Below, in pieces: positions 25,345 through 32,000 of a stretch of 32,000 nucleotides of DNA. This DNA is from Pelagibacteraceae bacterium AG-430-E20. Lineage in GTDB: Bacteria; Pseudomonadota; Alphaproteobacteria; Pelagibacterales; Pelagibacteraceae. Every line of letters begins with the position of its first letter. Positions within the stretch are counted from its first letter, which is position 1. The position numbers and the translations under genes were made by a program. Location of the stretch: the NCBI GenBank assembly GCA_003209915.1, contig QCOF01000004.1, forward strand, positions 43,149 through 75,148, written 5' to 3'. Under the pieces are notes generated by a model. That model was not told the origin of the DNA. It was given only the letters and a program-made list of their open reading frames with translations, and did no database searches.

Positions 25345-25870
25345 CGGTCAGCTTTTTGTAGTCGTTGGACCATCCGGCTCAGGAAAAGATACATTATTAA
25401 AAAAAGTAATAAATAAAATTCCTAATTCCATTTTGGTTAAAAGGTACATTACCAGGAAAAAAGATATTAAAAATGAAGATCATTACAGTATATCAATTAA
25501 AAATTTTGAAGATAAAATTTCAAAAAAATTTTTCTTCATCTACTGGAAAGCTCATGGTTTTTCATACGGTATTCCGTACAAAGAAATAAAGAAAATAAAG
25601 CAAGGTAAAAAAGTAATTTTTAATGGTTCTAGAAAAATACTTTTTAAAATAAAAAAAAAGGTTAATAACGTAAAAATAATAAACATTACTGCCTCATCAA
25701 CAATTATAAAAAGGAGACTCGTAAATCGAGCAAGAGAAGACAAAAAATCAATTATTAAAAGGATAAAAAGAAAAATTAATTTACTTCCAAAAAATACAAT
25801 TACAATAATTAATAATAAATCAATATCTATAGGTACAAATAAATTAAAAAAAATAATTTTAGCTGAGTGA
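25334..25870 (+). CDS. phnN: Ribose 1,5-bisphosphate phosphokinase PhnN
   Basis: Guanylate-kinase-like P-loop VVVGPSGSGKDTLL. 178 aa. It overlaps phnL by 11 nt. Confidence 0.85.
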   Translation: MQTNGQLFVVVGPSGSGKDTLLKKVINKIPNSILVKRYITRKKDIKNEDHYSISIKNFEDKISKKFFFIYWKAHGFSYGIPYKEIKKIKQGKKVIFNGSRKILFKIKKKVNNVKIINITASSTIIKRRLVNRAREDKKSIIKRIKRKINLLPKNTITIINNKSISIGTNKLKKIILAE

Positions 25871-26572
25871 AAAATTTTCTAAATTCTCAAACATTCCTTT
25901 TTGGTTTTCACCAAATATATATATTTTATCAAAATCATTTGTTTCATTTAAGATAATTTCTTTGTTTTTTTCGATTTTTTTTAATTCAAAGTACAATTTG
26001 TTTCCTGATACCTCAGATGCAAGGGTCATGTGAAAATTAAATTCTGACATTAAATAGGGATATCCCCATTTATATAAAATACTTAATTGTAATTTACTTA
26101 GTTTAGAGGGATTTCTTCTATCAATTTCTTTTTTTGTAAGAGGTGACCTAAATTTAAATAACTCTCTAACAAGTCTATTTGATAACTTATTAATGTTATT
26201 ATTCTTTTTAGATTGTACAAAAGCATAAAAATTATCAATTTTTTTTAATTTAAATTTATAAAAATTAAATTTTTTATATTTTTTAGCTACAACCTCAATT
26301 TTTTTAAATAATTTTTTTCTATTATAATTATTGTTTAGTTTAAAAGGAGGTATAAGTGTCCCATGAAATCCATATTTTTTTGCCATTAAAATATTATTAT
26401 CTATACTTTTTAAGTTTTTTATTCCAAATCTGTTTAGATAATTAATTCTTTTCTTATTATTTATAAATTTTGCGACAAGGGGATCCCAACCAAACCAATA
26501 TTTGCCAAATTCTTCTAGAACGCTTCCTTTTGGAGGGGCGTAATAAATTGCAAATCTAGAATATTTTTTCAT
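25859..26572 (-). CDS. DUF1045-like phosphonate-cluster protein with 2H-phosphoesterase signature
   Basis: 237 aa. N-terminus RFAIYYAPP, plus two H-x-T motifs (GFHGTLIPPF and NFHMTLASEV) typical of the 2H phosphoesterase fold. It lies between phnN and phnM on the opposite strand. Confidence 0.72.
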   Translation of the reverse strand: MKKYSRFAIYYAPPKGSVLEEFGKYWFGWDPLVAKFINNKKRINYLNRFGIKNLKSIDNNILMAKKYGFHGTLIPPFKLNNNYNRKKLFKKIEVVAKKYKKFNFYKFKLKKIDNFYAFVQSKKNNNINKLSNRLVRELFKFRSPLTKKEIDRRNPSKLSKLQLSILYKWGYPYLMSEFNFHMTLASEVSGNKLYFELKKIEKNKEIILNETNDFDKIYIFGENQKGMFENLENFSLS

Positions 26573-26608
26573 AATTCAACTTATAATACTTATATAAATT
26601 TTCTCTAA

Positions 26609-26641
26609 TTTAAAATATTTGTAACAATTCATCTGTAATAA
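26609..26641 (+). promoter_or_regulatory. Candidate Pho box plus -10, leaderless geometry (phnM)
   Basis: TTTAAA (26609) and TGTAAC (26620) are 11 bp apart. A 10-nt spacer follows, then TAATAA (26636-26641), which ends 6 nt before the ATG at 26648. Confidence 0.45.
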
Positions 26642-26647
26642 AAGTTG

Positions 26648-27784
26648 ATGCATGAATATATTTTAAATAATGCCATGATAATTAAAAAGGATGAGATTAT
26701 TCATGGTCATATAAGGATAAAAGATAACAAGATTATCGATATAAGTAGTGGATTAACTAATAACAAAACTTCAATAGACTGCGAAAAAGATTACATCTCT
26801 CCAGGATTGGTTGAATTACATACTGACAATCTTGAAAGACACATGACACCAAGACCTAAAGTTTCATTTCCAGTAGAAAATGCAATTTTATCTCATGATA
26901 GAGAATTAGCATCTGTTGGAATAACTACAGTTTTTGACGCATTGAGAGTTGGCTCTATTGAAAAAACAGGAAAATATAAAAAATATGCAAAAAACTGTTC
27001 AGATATAATTTCAAATTTTAAAAAGGATAATATTCTCAAGATTGATCATAAAATACATTTAAGAGCCGAAACATGTTCAGAGAATTTGATTGATGAATTA
27101 GATGAATACAATGAAACTCACGATGTAAAACTGATTAGTATTATGGATCATACACCAGGTCAGCGGCAATTTAGAGTTATAGATAAGTATAAAGAATACC
27201 TATCAATTAAACATGGTATGACAGAAAATGAAATGGAAATTCATTTTGATCACTTAAAAAATCTCCAAAAAAAAAATAGCAAGAAACACATAGATAGAAT
27301 TCTAGAATTTAAATCTTCATATGATTGTATTTTAGCTAGTCATGACGACACTACAAAAAATGACGTACATAACTCAAATAAATATGGTGTAAAGTTAGCT
27401 GAATTTCCAACAACATTAGAAGCAGCCAAGACTTCAAAGGAATATGATATTAAAATTATGATGGGTTCTCCTAATTTAATGAGAGGTGGCTCACACTCTG
27501 GTAATATATCAGCAAAAGAGCTTTTAGAAAATGATTGTCTAGATATTTTAAGCTCAGATTATATTCCATCCTCATTAATTATTTCTGTTATTAAATGGGG
27601 TTTAGAAATTGATAATCTTCCGAAAGCATTTGCAGCAGCTAGTCACGCTCCATCTTTAGCTACAAATTTAAATGATAGAGGTTTAATTGACAATAACAAA
27701 AGAGCAGATTTGGTAAGGTTTAAAATTTACCAAAATTTACCTGTTGTAAAAAATGTTTGGTCAAATGGATACCAAGTAAGCTAA
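26648..27784 (+). CDS. phnM: Amidohydrolase-family PhnM (ribose 1-methylphosphonate 5-triphosphate diphosphatase)
   Basis: VELHTDNLE metal-binding start, IMDHTPGQRQF, LASHDD, LSSDY. About 378 aa. ATG at 26648 is preferred over TTG at 26645. Confidence 0.9.
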   Translation: MHEYILNNAMIIKKDEIIHGHIRIKDNKIIDISSGLTNNKTSIDCEKDYISPGLVELHTDNLERHMTPRPKVSFPVENAILSHDRELASVGITTVFDALRVGSIEKTGKYKKYAKNCSDIISNFKKDNILKIDHKIHLRAETCSENLIDELDEYNETHDVKLISIMDHTPGQRQFRVIDKYKEYLSIKHGMTENEMEIHFDHLKNLQKKNSKKHIDRILEFKSSYDCILASHDDTTKNDVHNSNKYGVKLAEFPTTLEAAKTSKEYDIKIMMGSPNLMRGGSHSGNISAKELLENDCLDILSSDYIPSSLIISVIKWGLEIDNLPKAFAAASHAPSLATNLNDRGLIDNNKRADLVRFKIYQNLPVVKNVWSNGYQVS

Positions 27785-28020
27785 AATATTCCTGTTGTAT
27801 AAGAGTATTTAATTATACCTGCTATCATTATCGGTATTTGTAAAGAAAAATTTGTTAATAATGGTTTATCCTTTGTAATAGTGCCAACGATTGTCCAACC
27901 AATTATACCTAAGCTGTGTGGTATCATGCTGTAAGGATAGTAATCCAAATAAAAAGTTAATATACCTAAAAGTGTTAATACTGTACTTGTCCATTTTAAT
28001 ACTCTGATATTTGTAGTCAT
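27781..28020 (-). CDS. Small 3-TM membrane protein, no recognised family
   Basis: 79 aa with three hydrophobic segments. A strong SD precedes it (AAGGAGAAAA-ATG), which is unusual here. It lies downstream of and co-directional with znuA. Confidence 0.5.
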   Translation of the reverse strand: MTTNIRVLKWTSTVLTLLGILTFYLDYYPYSMIPHSLGIIGWTIVGTITKDKPLLTNFSLQIPIMIAGIIKYSYTTGIF

Positions 28021-28128
28021 TTTTCTCCTTAATATTTTTTAAGTCTATTATCGTTTTAATAAACAGTAATATCATATTAAAGATTTGTTAAAATTAATTT
28101 TAATTAATGCTTTGAATAAACTAACAAA

Positions 28129-29130
28129 TTAGCAACCTTTAAATGATGCTGACATATTTTTAATCAAAGAAAAATATAAATCTTTACCTGGATTTAATGT
28201 TGCTCCTAATGGATCAATTACACCAGTTTTTATATTCATATCTTTTGCTACAGCTTTAATTATATCAGGATTAAATTGTGGTTCTGAAAATACACATGCA
28301 ACTTTATCGTGTTCGATTATTTCTCTAATTTCCGCTAATTGCTCAGCTCCAGGCATTACATCAGTATTAACTGTAAAAGCACCTAAAATATTTACGTTAA
28401 ATCTCTTTTCAAAATATTGATAAGCATCATGAAATACGATCGAGGAAACACTGTTACTTAATTCAGTCATTACATCAATTGTAAGCTTATCTATATCCTT
28501 TAAAGCTTCATCTAAATTACTTTTATATTTAGCCTCATTTTTTGGATCATTTTCAATTAAATGCTCAACCATTTCATTTAATATTACCTTTGCATTAATT
28601 GGATCTAACCAAATGTGTGGATCAAATTCACCGTGTGCATGTTTTTCATGATCATCGTGATCTTCTTTTTTACCATGATCATCGTGATCTTCCTTTTTAG
28701 CATGTGAGTCATGATCTTCCTTTTTATCATGATCATCATGTCCATGATCATCGTGATCATCAAAAATATTTCTTTCTCTAAACTTTAAAACTTGAAGTCC
28801 CTTTATTTGCATTAATTCAATTTTTTCTGCTTTTTTAGCAATTGATCCTAATGGCTTTTCTAGAAAATTTTCCACATCTTCACCAACCCAAAAAATTAAA
28901 TCAGCATTTTGTAACATCTTTGCATGAGATGGCTTCATCGCAAATCCGTGTGGAGATGCATATCCATCTACGATTAAGTCAGGTTTAGCCACTCCGTTCA
29001 TAAGGTAACTAGCTAACGAATGTATTGGTTTAATTGAGGCAACTACTTTAATATCAGCATTAGCTGGTACAAAAAAAGTAAATAAAGATAGAATGGATAT
29101 TATTATTGGGAGTTTGTTTAAAATTTTCAT
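28129..29130 (-). CDS. znuA: Zinc ABC substrate-binding protein ZnuA
   Basis: Signal peptide, cluster-9 SBP motifs (ASPHGF, DPHIWLDP) and a long His/Asp-rich loop (DDHDDHGHDDHDKKEDHD...HEKHAHGE). Confidence 0.93.
   Translation of the reverse strand: MKILNKLPIIISILSLFTFFVPANADIKVVASIKPIHSLASYLMNGVAKPDLIVDGYASPHGFAMKPSHAKMLQNADLIFWVGEDVENFLEKPLGSIAKKAEKIELMQIKGLQVLKFRERNIFDDHDDHGHDDHDKKEDHDSHAKKEDHDDHGKKEDHDDHEKHAHGEFDPHIWLDPINAKVILNEMVEHLIENDPKNEAKYKSNLDEALKDIDKLTIDVMTELSNSVSSIVFHDAYQYFEKRFNVNILGAFTVNTDVMPGAEQLAEIREIIEHDKVACVFSEPQFNPDIIKAVAKDMNIKTGVIDPLGATLNPGKDLYFSLIKNMSASFKGC
28645..28725 (-). repeat. Three tandem 27-bp coding repeats (KKEDHD[DS]H[AGE]) in the ZnuA His-rich loop
   Basis: Plus-strand units are ttcatgatcatcgtgatcttctttttt, accatgatcatcgtgatcttccttttt and agcatgtgagtcatgatcttccttttt. 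The first two are 24/27 identical. Confidence 0.85.
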
Positions 29131-29149
29131 AAATACACAATTAATTGGT

Positions 29150-29183
29150 TGTTATAACATAACACTATGTAATAATATAACAT
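29150..29183. promoter_or_regulatory. Zur boxes in the znuA / znuC divergent spacer
   Basis: ATGTAATA-A-TATAACAT (29167-29183) matches the core ATGTTATA-A-TATAACAT, recalled from memory of the E. coli Zur box, at 16 of 17 positions. A perfect 10-bp palindrome TGTTATAACA lies at 29150-29159. Confidence 0.65.
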
Positions 29184-29201
29184 TTACAAGTCAAGGGTTA
29201 A

Positions 29202-29948
29202 ATGAATTCTAATAATAATATTTTAGTTAAATTAAATAATGCTGGTTTTCGTCAAAGCGAAAAATGGTTAGTGGAAGGTGTTTCTCTTACGGTTGAAAAA
29301 GGTAAAATTGTAACTCTCATCGGACCAAATGGTTCTGGTAAAAGTACCACTGCTAAAATCGCTTTAGGAATTTATAAAAATATTGAGGGGACTGTTGAAA
29401 AATATACAACCAAAGTTGGTTATGTTCCCCAAAAAATTTCAATTGATTGGACTTTACCTATTAGAGTTTATGATTTTATGCTTTTAACAGAAACTATAGA
29501 AGATAGTGCTATTGATGAAGCACTATCATTAACAGGCGTAATTCATCTTAAAAACAAAAATTTAGGTAGTTTATCAGGTGGAGAATTTCAAAGAGTTTTA
29601 ATTGCAAGAGCAATTTCTAAAAAACCAGAATTATTAGTGTTAGATGAACCAGTGCAGGGAGTTGATTATACAGGTGAGATTGATTTGTATAAATTAATTA
29701 AAAAAATATCTGATACTTTAAATTGTGGAATATTATTAATCTCTCATGATCTGCACATGGTGATGAAAGCAACTGATCACGTAGTTTGTTTAAATGGTCA
29801 TGTTTGTTGTTCAGGCTCACCAATAGATGTAGCAAAAAATAATGAATATAAAGCTTTGTTTGGTGAAAAAGCTTCTCAAATTTTAACAACATACGAACAT
29901 AAGCATGATCATGTTCATTCTGATGAGGGGGAAATCAAGAAAAATTAA
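29202..29948 (+). CDS. znuC: Zinc ABC ATPase ZnuC
   Basis: Walker A GPNGSGKST, signature LSGGEFQRV, Walker B LVLDEP, and a His-rich C-terminal tail (YEHKHDHVHSDE). Confidence 0.93.
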   Translation: MNSNNNILVKLNNAGFRQSEKWLVEGVSLTVEKGKIVTLIGPNGSGKSTTAKIALGIYKNIEGTVEKYTTKVGYVPQKISIDWTLPIRVYDFMLLTETIEDSAIDEALSLTGVIHLKNKNLGSLSGGEFQRVLIARAISKKPELLVLDEPVQGVDYTGEIDLYKLIKKISDTLNCGILLISHDLHMVMKATDHVVCLNGHVCCSGSPIDVAKNNEYKALFGEKASQILTTYEHKHDHVHSDEGEIKKN

Positions 29949-30751
29949 TGTTTGATGATTTTTTTATAAGAGCACTAATTGCAGGTATTGGAATAGCATT
30001 TGTAACTGGTCCACTTGGATGTTTTGTTGTGTGGAGAAGATTGTCTTATTTTGGAGATACGCTTTCTCACTCAGCTCTTCTTGGAGTTACAATGGCTTAC
30101 ACATTTGATTTAAACATCGCTATTTCAGTATTTTTAATTTCATCAGTTATTGCACTAATATTAATTCAGCTTCAGAAAAAAACTAATCTTCCAGGTGATG
30201 CATTGCTAGGTCTTTTAGCTCATTCATCATTAGCCGTTGGATTAGTAGTTATTGGTTTCTTAACATTTATAAGATTTGATATTATGGGTTTATTATTTGG
30301 TGATATTTTAGCGGTAACGACCGATGATTTACTTGTAATTTGGACAGGCGGAGCATTAATTTTAATTGTACTTAAATTAATTTGGAAACCTTTGCTTGCA
30401 TCAACTGTTAATTATGAATTAGCTGAGGCAGAGGGATTAAACCCTGATAGAGCAAAGGCTATTTTCACAATATTAATGGCAGCGGTAATTGCTATTTCTA
30501 TCAAAATGGTTGGATTATTATTGATTACAGGAATGTTAATTATCCCTGCTGCAATAGCTAGAAATATCTCTGATAGTCCTCAGAAAATGGTTCTATTTTC
30601 TATAATTGGGGGCCTATTATCTGTTATCTTAGGACTATATTCTTCATTAGAATTTAATACATCTTCCGGACCTTCAATTATTGCAGCGGCGTTGATATTG
30701 TTCATATTATCTTTGTTTAAAATTAAACAATCGATTAAATTAAAAAACTAA
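29948..30751 (+). CDS. znuB: Zinc ABC permease ZnuB
   Basis: 267 aa, ABC-3 type multi-TM protein. Its start overlaps the znuC stop (TAATG). Confidence 0.92.
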   Translation: MFDDFFIRALIAGIGIAFVTGPLGCFVVWRRLSYFGDTLSHSALLGVTMAYTFDLNIAISVFLISSVIALILIQLQKKTNLPGDALLGLLAHSSLAVGLVVIGFLTFIRFDIMGLLFGDILAVTTDDLLVIWTGGALILIVLKLIWKPLLASTVNYELAEAEGLNPDRAKAIFTILMAAVIAISIKMVGLLLITGMLIIPAAIARNISDSPQKMVLFSIIGGLLSVILGLYSSLEFNTSSGPSIIAAALILFILSLFKIKQSIKLKN

Positions 30752-30764
30752 GTAGAAATTTAAA

Positions 30765-31166
30765 ATGGAAAAACAACATAATCTTTCAAAAAACCAAAAA
30801 ATTATTTTTGATTTAATTGATAAATCTCATGAGCCGTTAAAAGCATATTCAATTCTTTTTAATGTACAGAAAAAAGGTATCAATGCGCCTCTACAAGTTT
30901 ATAGAGCATTAGATAAATTAGTTGAAATAGGTAAAATCCACAAAATTGAAAGTAGAAATGCCTTCATCGCATGTCAGAATTCTAGTTGCCAAATTTCTAA
31001 GGCTACAGCATTTTCAATTTGTGAAAGTTGTGAAAAAGTTTCTGAAATAAGTAACACTAAACTATCAAAATATTTATCAAACTTTACTGATGAAGCAGGG
31101 ATGAAATACAGTAAATACAATTTAGAATTTTTTGGTTTATGTAAGAAATGTAAATCAAAAGAATGA
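30765..31166 (+). CDS. zur: Fur-family zinc uptake regulator
   Basis: 133 aa. N-terminal wHTH (QVYRALDKLVEIGKIHKIE) and two C-x2-C pairs (CESCEKV, CKKCKS). It is last in the znuCB array. Confidence 0.82.
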   Translation: MEKQHNLSKNQKIIFDLIDKSHEPLKAYSILFNVQKKGINAPLQVYRALDKLVEIGKIHKIESRNAFIACQNSSCQISKATAFSICESCEKVSEISNTKLSKYLSNFTDEAGMKYSKYNLEFFGLCKKCKSKE

Positions 31167-32000
31167 ACACTGTTTCATTAACCCTAGACGAAATTAATAA
31201 TTTAGCGAAAAAAACTCTCTTAGCAAATGGATGTGATGAAGATACAGCATCAATACTTTCAGAATTAATTACAAATGCAGAAAGAGATGGTTCGCTCTCT
31301 CATGGTTTATTTAGATTACCAGCTTATGTTTCAGGATTAAAAAGTGGAAAAATAAATGGTAAAGGAAAACCTGAAATTAAAAAAATATCACCATCTGTGA
31401 TTAAAGTTGCAGGAAATAATTGTTTAGCTCCTGTGGTATTAAATAAAAGCTTACCAGAGTTAAGTAAAGCTGCTAAAGAAAACGGTGTTGCAGTCTTAGC
31501 AATAAATAATTCACATCATATGGCTGCTATGTGGCCAGAAACCGAAAAATTAGCTGAAGATGGTTTAGTTGCTTTTGCATGTACTTCTTACAAGCCTGCT
31601 GTTGCACCTGCTGGTGCAATTAAACCTCTTTTTGGAACAAACCCAATTTCATTTGCATGGCCTAGACATGGAAAGACACCTGTAGTTTATGATATGGCAA
31701 CTGCTTCAATGGCTATGGGGGAAGTACAAGTTGCTAAAAGAGAAGGGCACAAAGTTCCATTAGGAACAGGACTTACGAAAGATGGTAAAGAAACTACTGA
31801 TCCAGGACAAATAGCTGATGGTGGAGTGTTGCTTCCTTTTGGTGGCTACAAAGGTTCTGCAATTGCTATGATGGTAGAATTATTAGCTGGTGCTCTCGTT
31901 GGTGATAATTTTAGTTTTGAAACAGCTGCTAAAGATAACAATGATGGTGGTCCTCCAAGTGGGGGTGAATTTATTTTAGCAATTAGTCCAGATAAAACAT
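31163..32000 (+). CDS. Ldh_2-family (malate/L-lactate dehydrogenase type 2) oxidoreductase, 3'-truncated by the window edge
   Basis: Not in the ORF track because it runs off the window. Hand translation gives MNTVSLTLDEINNLAKKTLLANGCDEDTASILSELITNAERDGSLSHGLFRLP...GTNPISFAWP...LPFGGYKGSAIAMMVELLAG, which fits the Ldh_2 family. Its ATG overlaps the zur stop (ATGA). Confidence 0.85.
   Translation, partial: MNTVSLTLDEINNLAKKTLLANGCDEDTASILSELITNAERDGSLSHGLFRLPAYVSGLKSGKINGKGKPEIKKISPSVIKVAGNNCLAPVVLNKSLPELSKAAKENGVAVLAINNSHHMAAMWPETEKLAEDGLVAFACTSYKPAVAPAGAIKPLFGTNPISFAWPRHGKTPVVYDMATASMAMGEVQVAKREGHKVPLGTGLTKDGKETTDPGQIADGGVLLPFGGYKGSAIAMMVELLAGALVGDNFSFETAAKDNNDGGPPSGGEFILAISPDKT

Noticed and set aside
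26620-26639. TGTAAC and TGTAAT in the phnM spacer, read as the two Pho repeats.
   Set aside because: They are 14 bp apart. I reinterpret TGTAAC as the second repeat, with TTTAAA 11 bp upstream as the first, and TGTAATAA as containing the -10 (TAATAA).
28076-28092. Minus-strand TTTAAC-N5-TTTAAT upstream of the 79-aa membrane ORF, considered as a sixth Pho box.
   Set aside because: No TAATAA-like hexamer lies 10 nt downstream. With the relaxed motif, roughly one chance pair is plausible in such AT-rich spacers.
318-29892. Twenty ORF-track entries lie antisense to, or nested inside, the well-supported genes. They are 318-686, 2405-2821, 4797-5156, 5027-5212, 5342-5767, 9195-9431, 11010-11291, 11864-12340, 14255-14452, 16295-16687, 17234-17467, 18433-18651, 18453-18779, 21195-21422, 21946-22146, 23499-23690, 23848-24030, 25552-25743, 27866-28075 and 29698-29892.
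   Set aside because: Each lies wholly within or opposite a gene with clear family motifs. Their translations are low-complexity or hydrophobic mirror-frame products with no recognisable motifs. I treat them as frame shadows.
1-32000. Mobile elements, CRISPR arrays, defence systems, prophage genes and rRNA/tRNA genes.
   Set aside because: I saw no direct or inverted terminal repeats, repeat-spacer arrays, or integrase, transposase, nuclease or helicase-type ORFs. Every sizeable ORF is accounted for by transport, phosphorus, zinc or redox functions.

Overview
This is a visibly AT-rich, tightly packed chromosome segment with many 1-20 nt gene overlaps, almost no spacers and Lys/Ile/Asn-rich proteins. 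Style and content fit a streamlined marine alphaproteobacterium of the SAR11/Pelagibacterales type, but that is inference and needs BLAST. Almost the whole window is one phosphorus-acquisition neighbourhood. It holds pstSCAB-phoU-phoB (229-6161), a SixA-like histidine phosphatase, and ppk-ppx (6681-10329). An accessory block follows at 10.4-15.9 kb: Nudix, TPR protein, phosphonatase phnX, arsC-aquaporin, a PhnZ-like HD oxygenase, an MFS transporter and an orphan secreted protein. Next come phnF-phnCDEE on the minus strand (15895-20883) and the divergent C-P lyase genes phnGHIJKLN, a DUF1045/2H-like gene and phnM (20950-27784). The right end carries znuA / znuCB-zur with a Zur box and a truncated Ldh_2-family dehydrogenase. 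I recognised no rRNA, tRNA, CRISPR array, transposase or integrase. The most interesting signals are these. (1) A composite promoter occurs five times: two 11-bp-phased T[GT]TAAC-like repeats, a 10-nt spacer and a TAATAA-like -10. In three of the five it sits so that transcription should start on the ATG itself. (2) A PhnZ-like oxygenase has no PhnY partner in the window. (3) PhnX has no PhnW in the window. (4) An arsC-aquaporin pair sits inside the P island. (5) A PhnE paralog carries a periplasmic insertion of about 200 aa. (6) A 2H-phosphoesterase-like protein sits where PhnP is expected. All functional calls rest on motifs read from the supplied translations and on gene order; no database search was possible.
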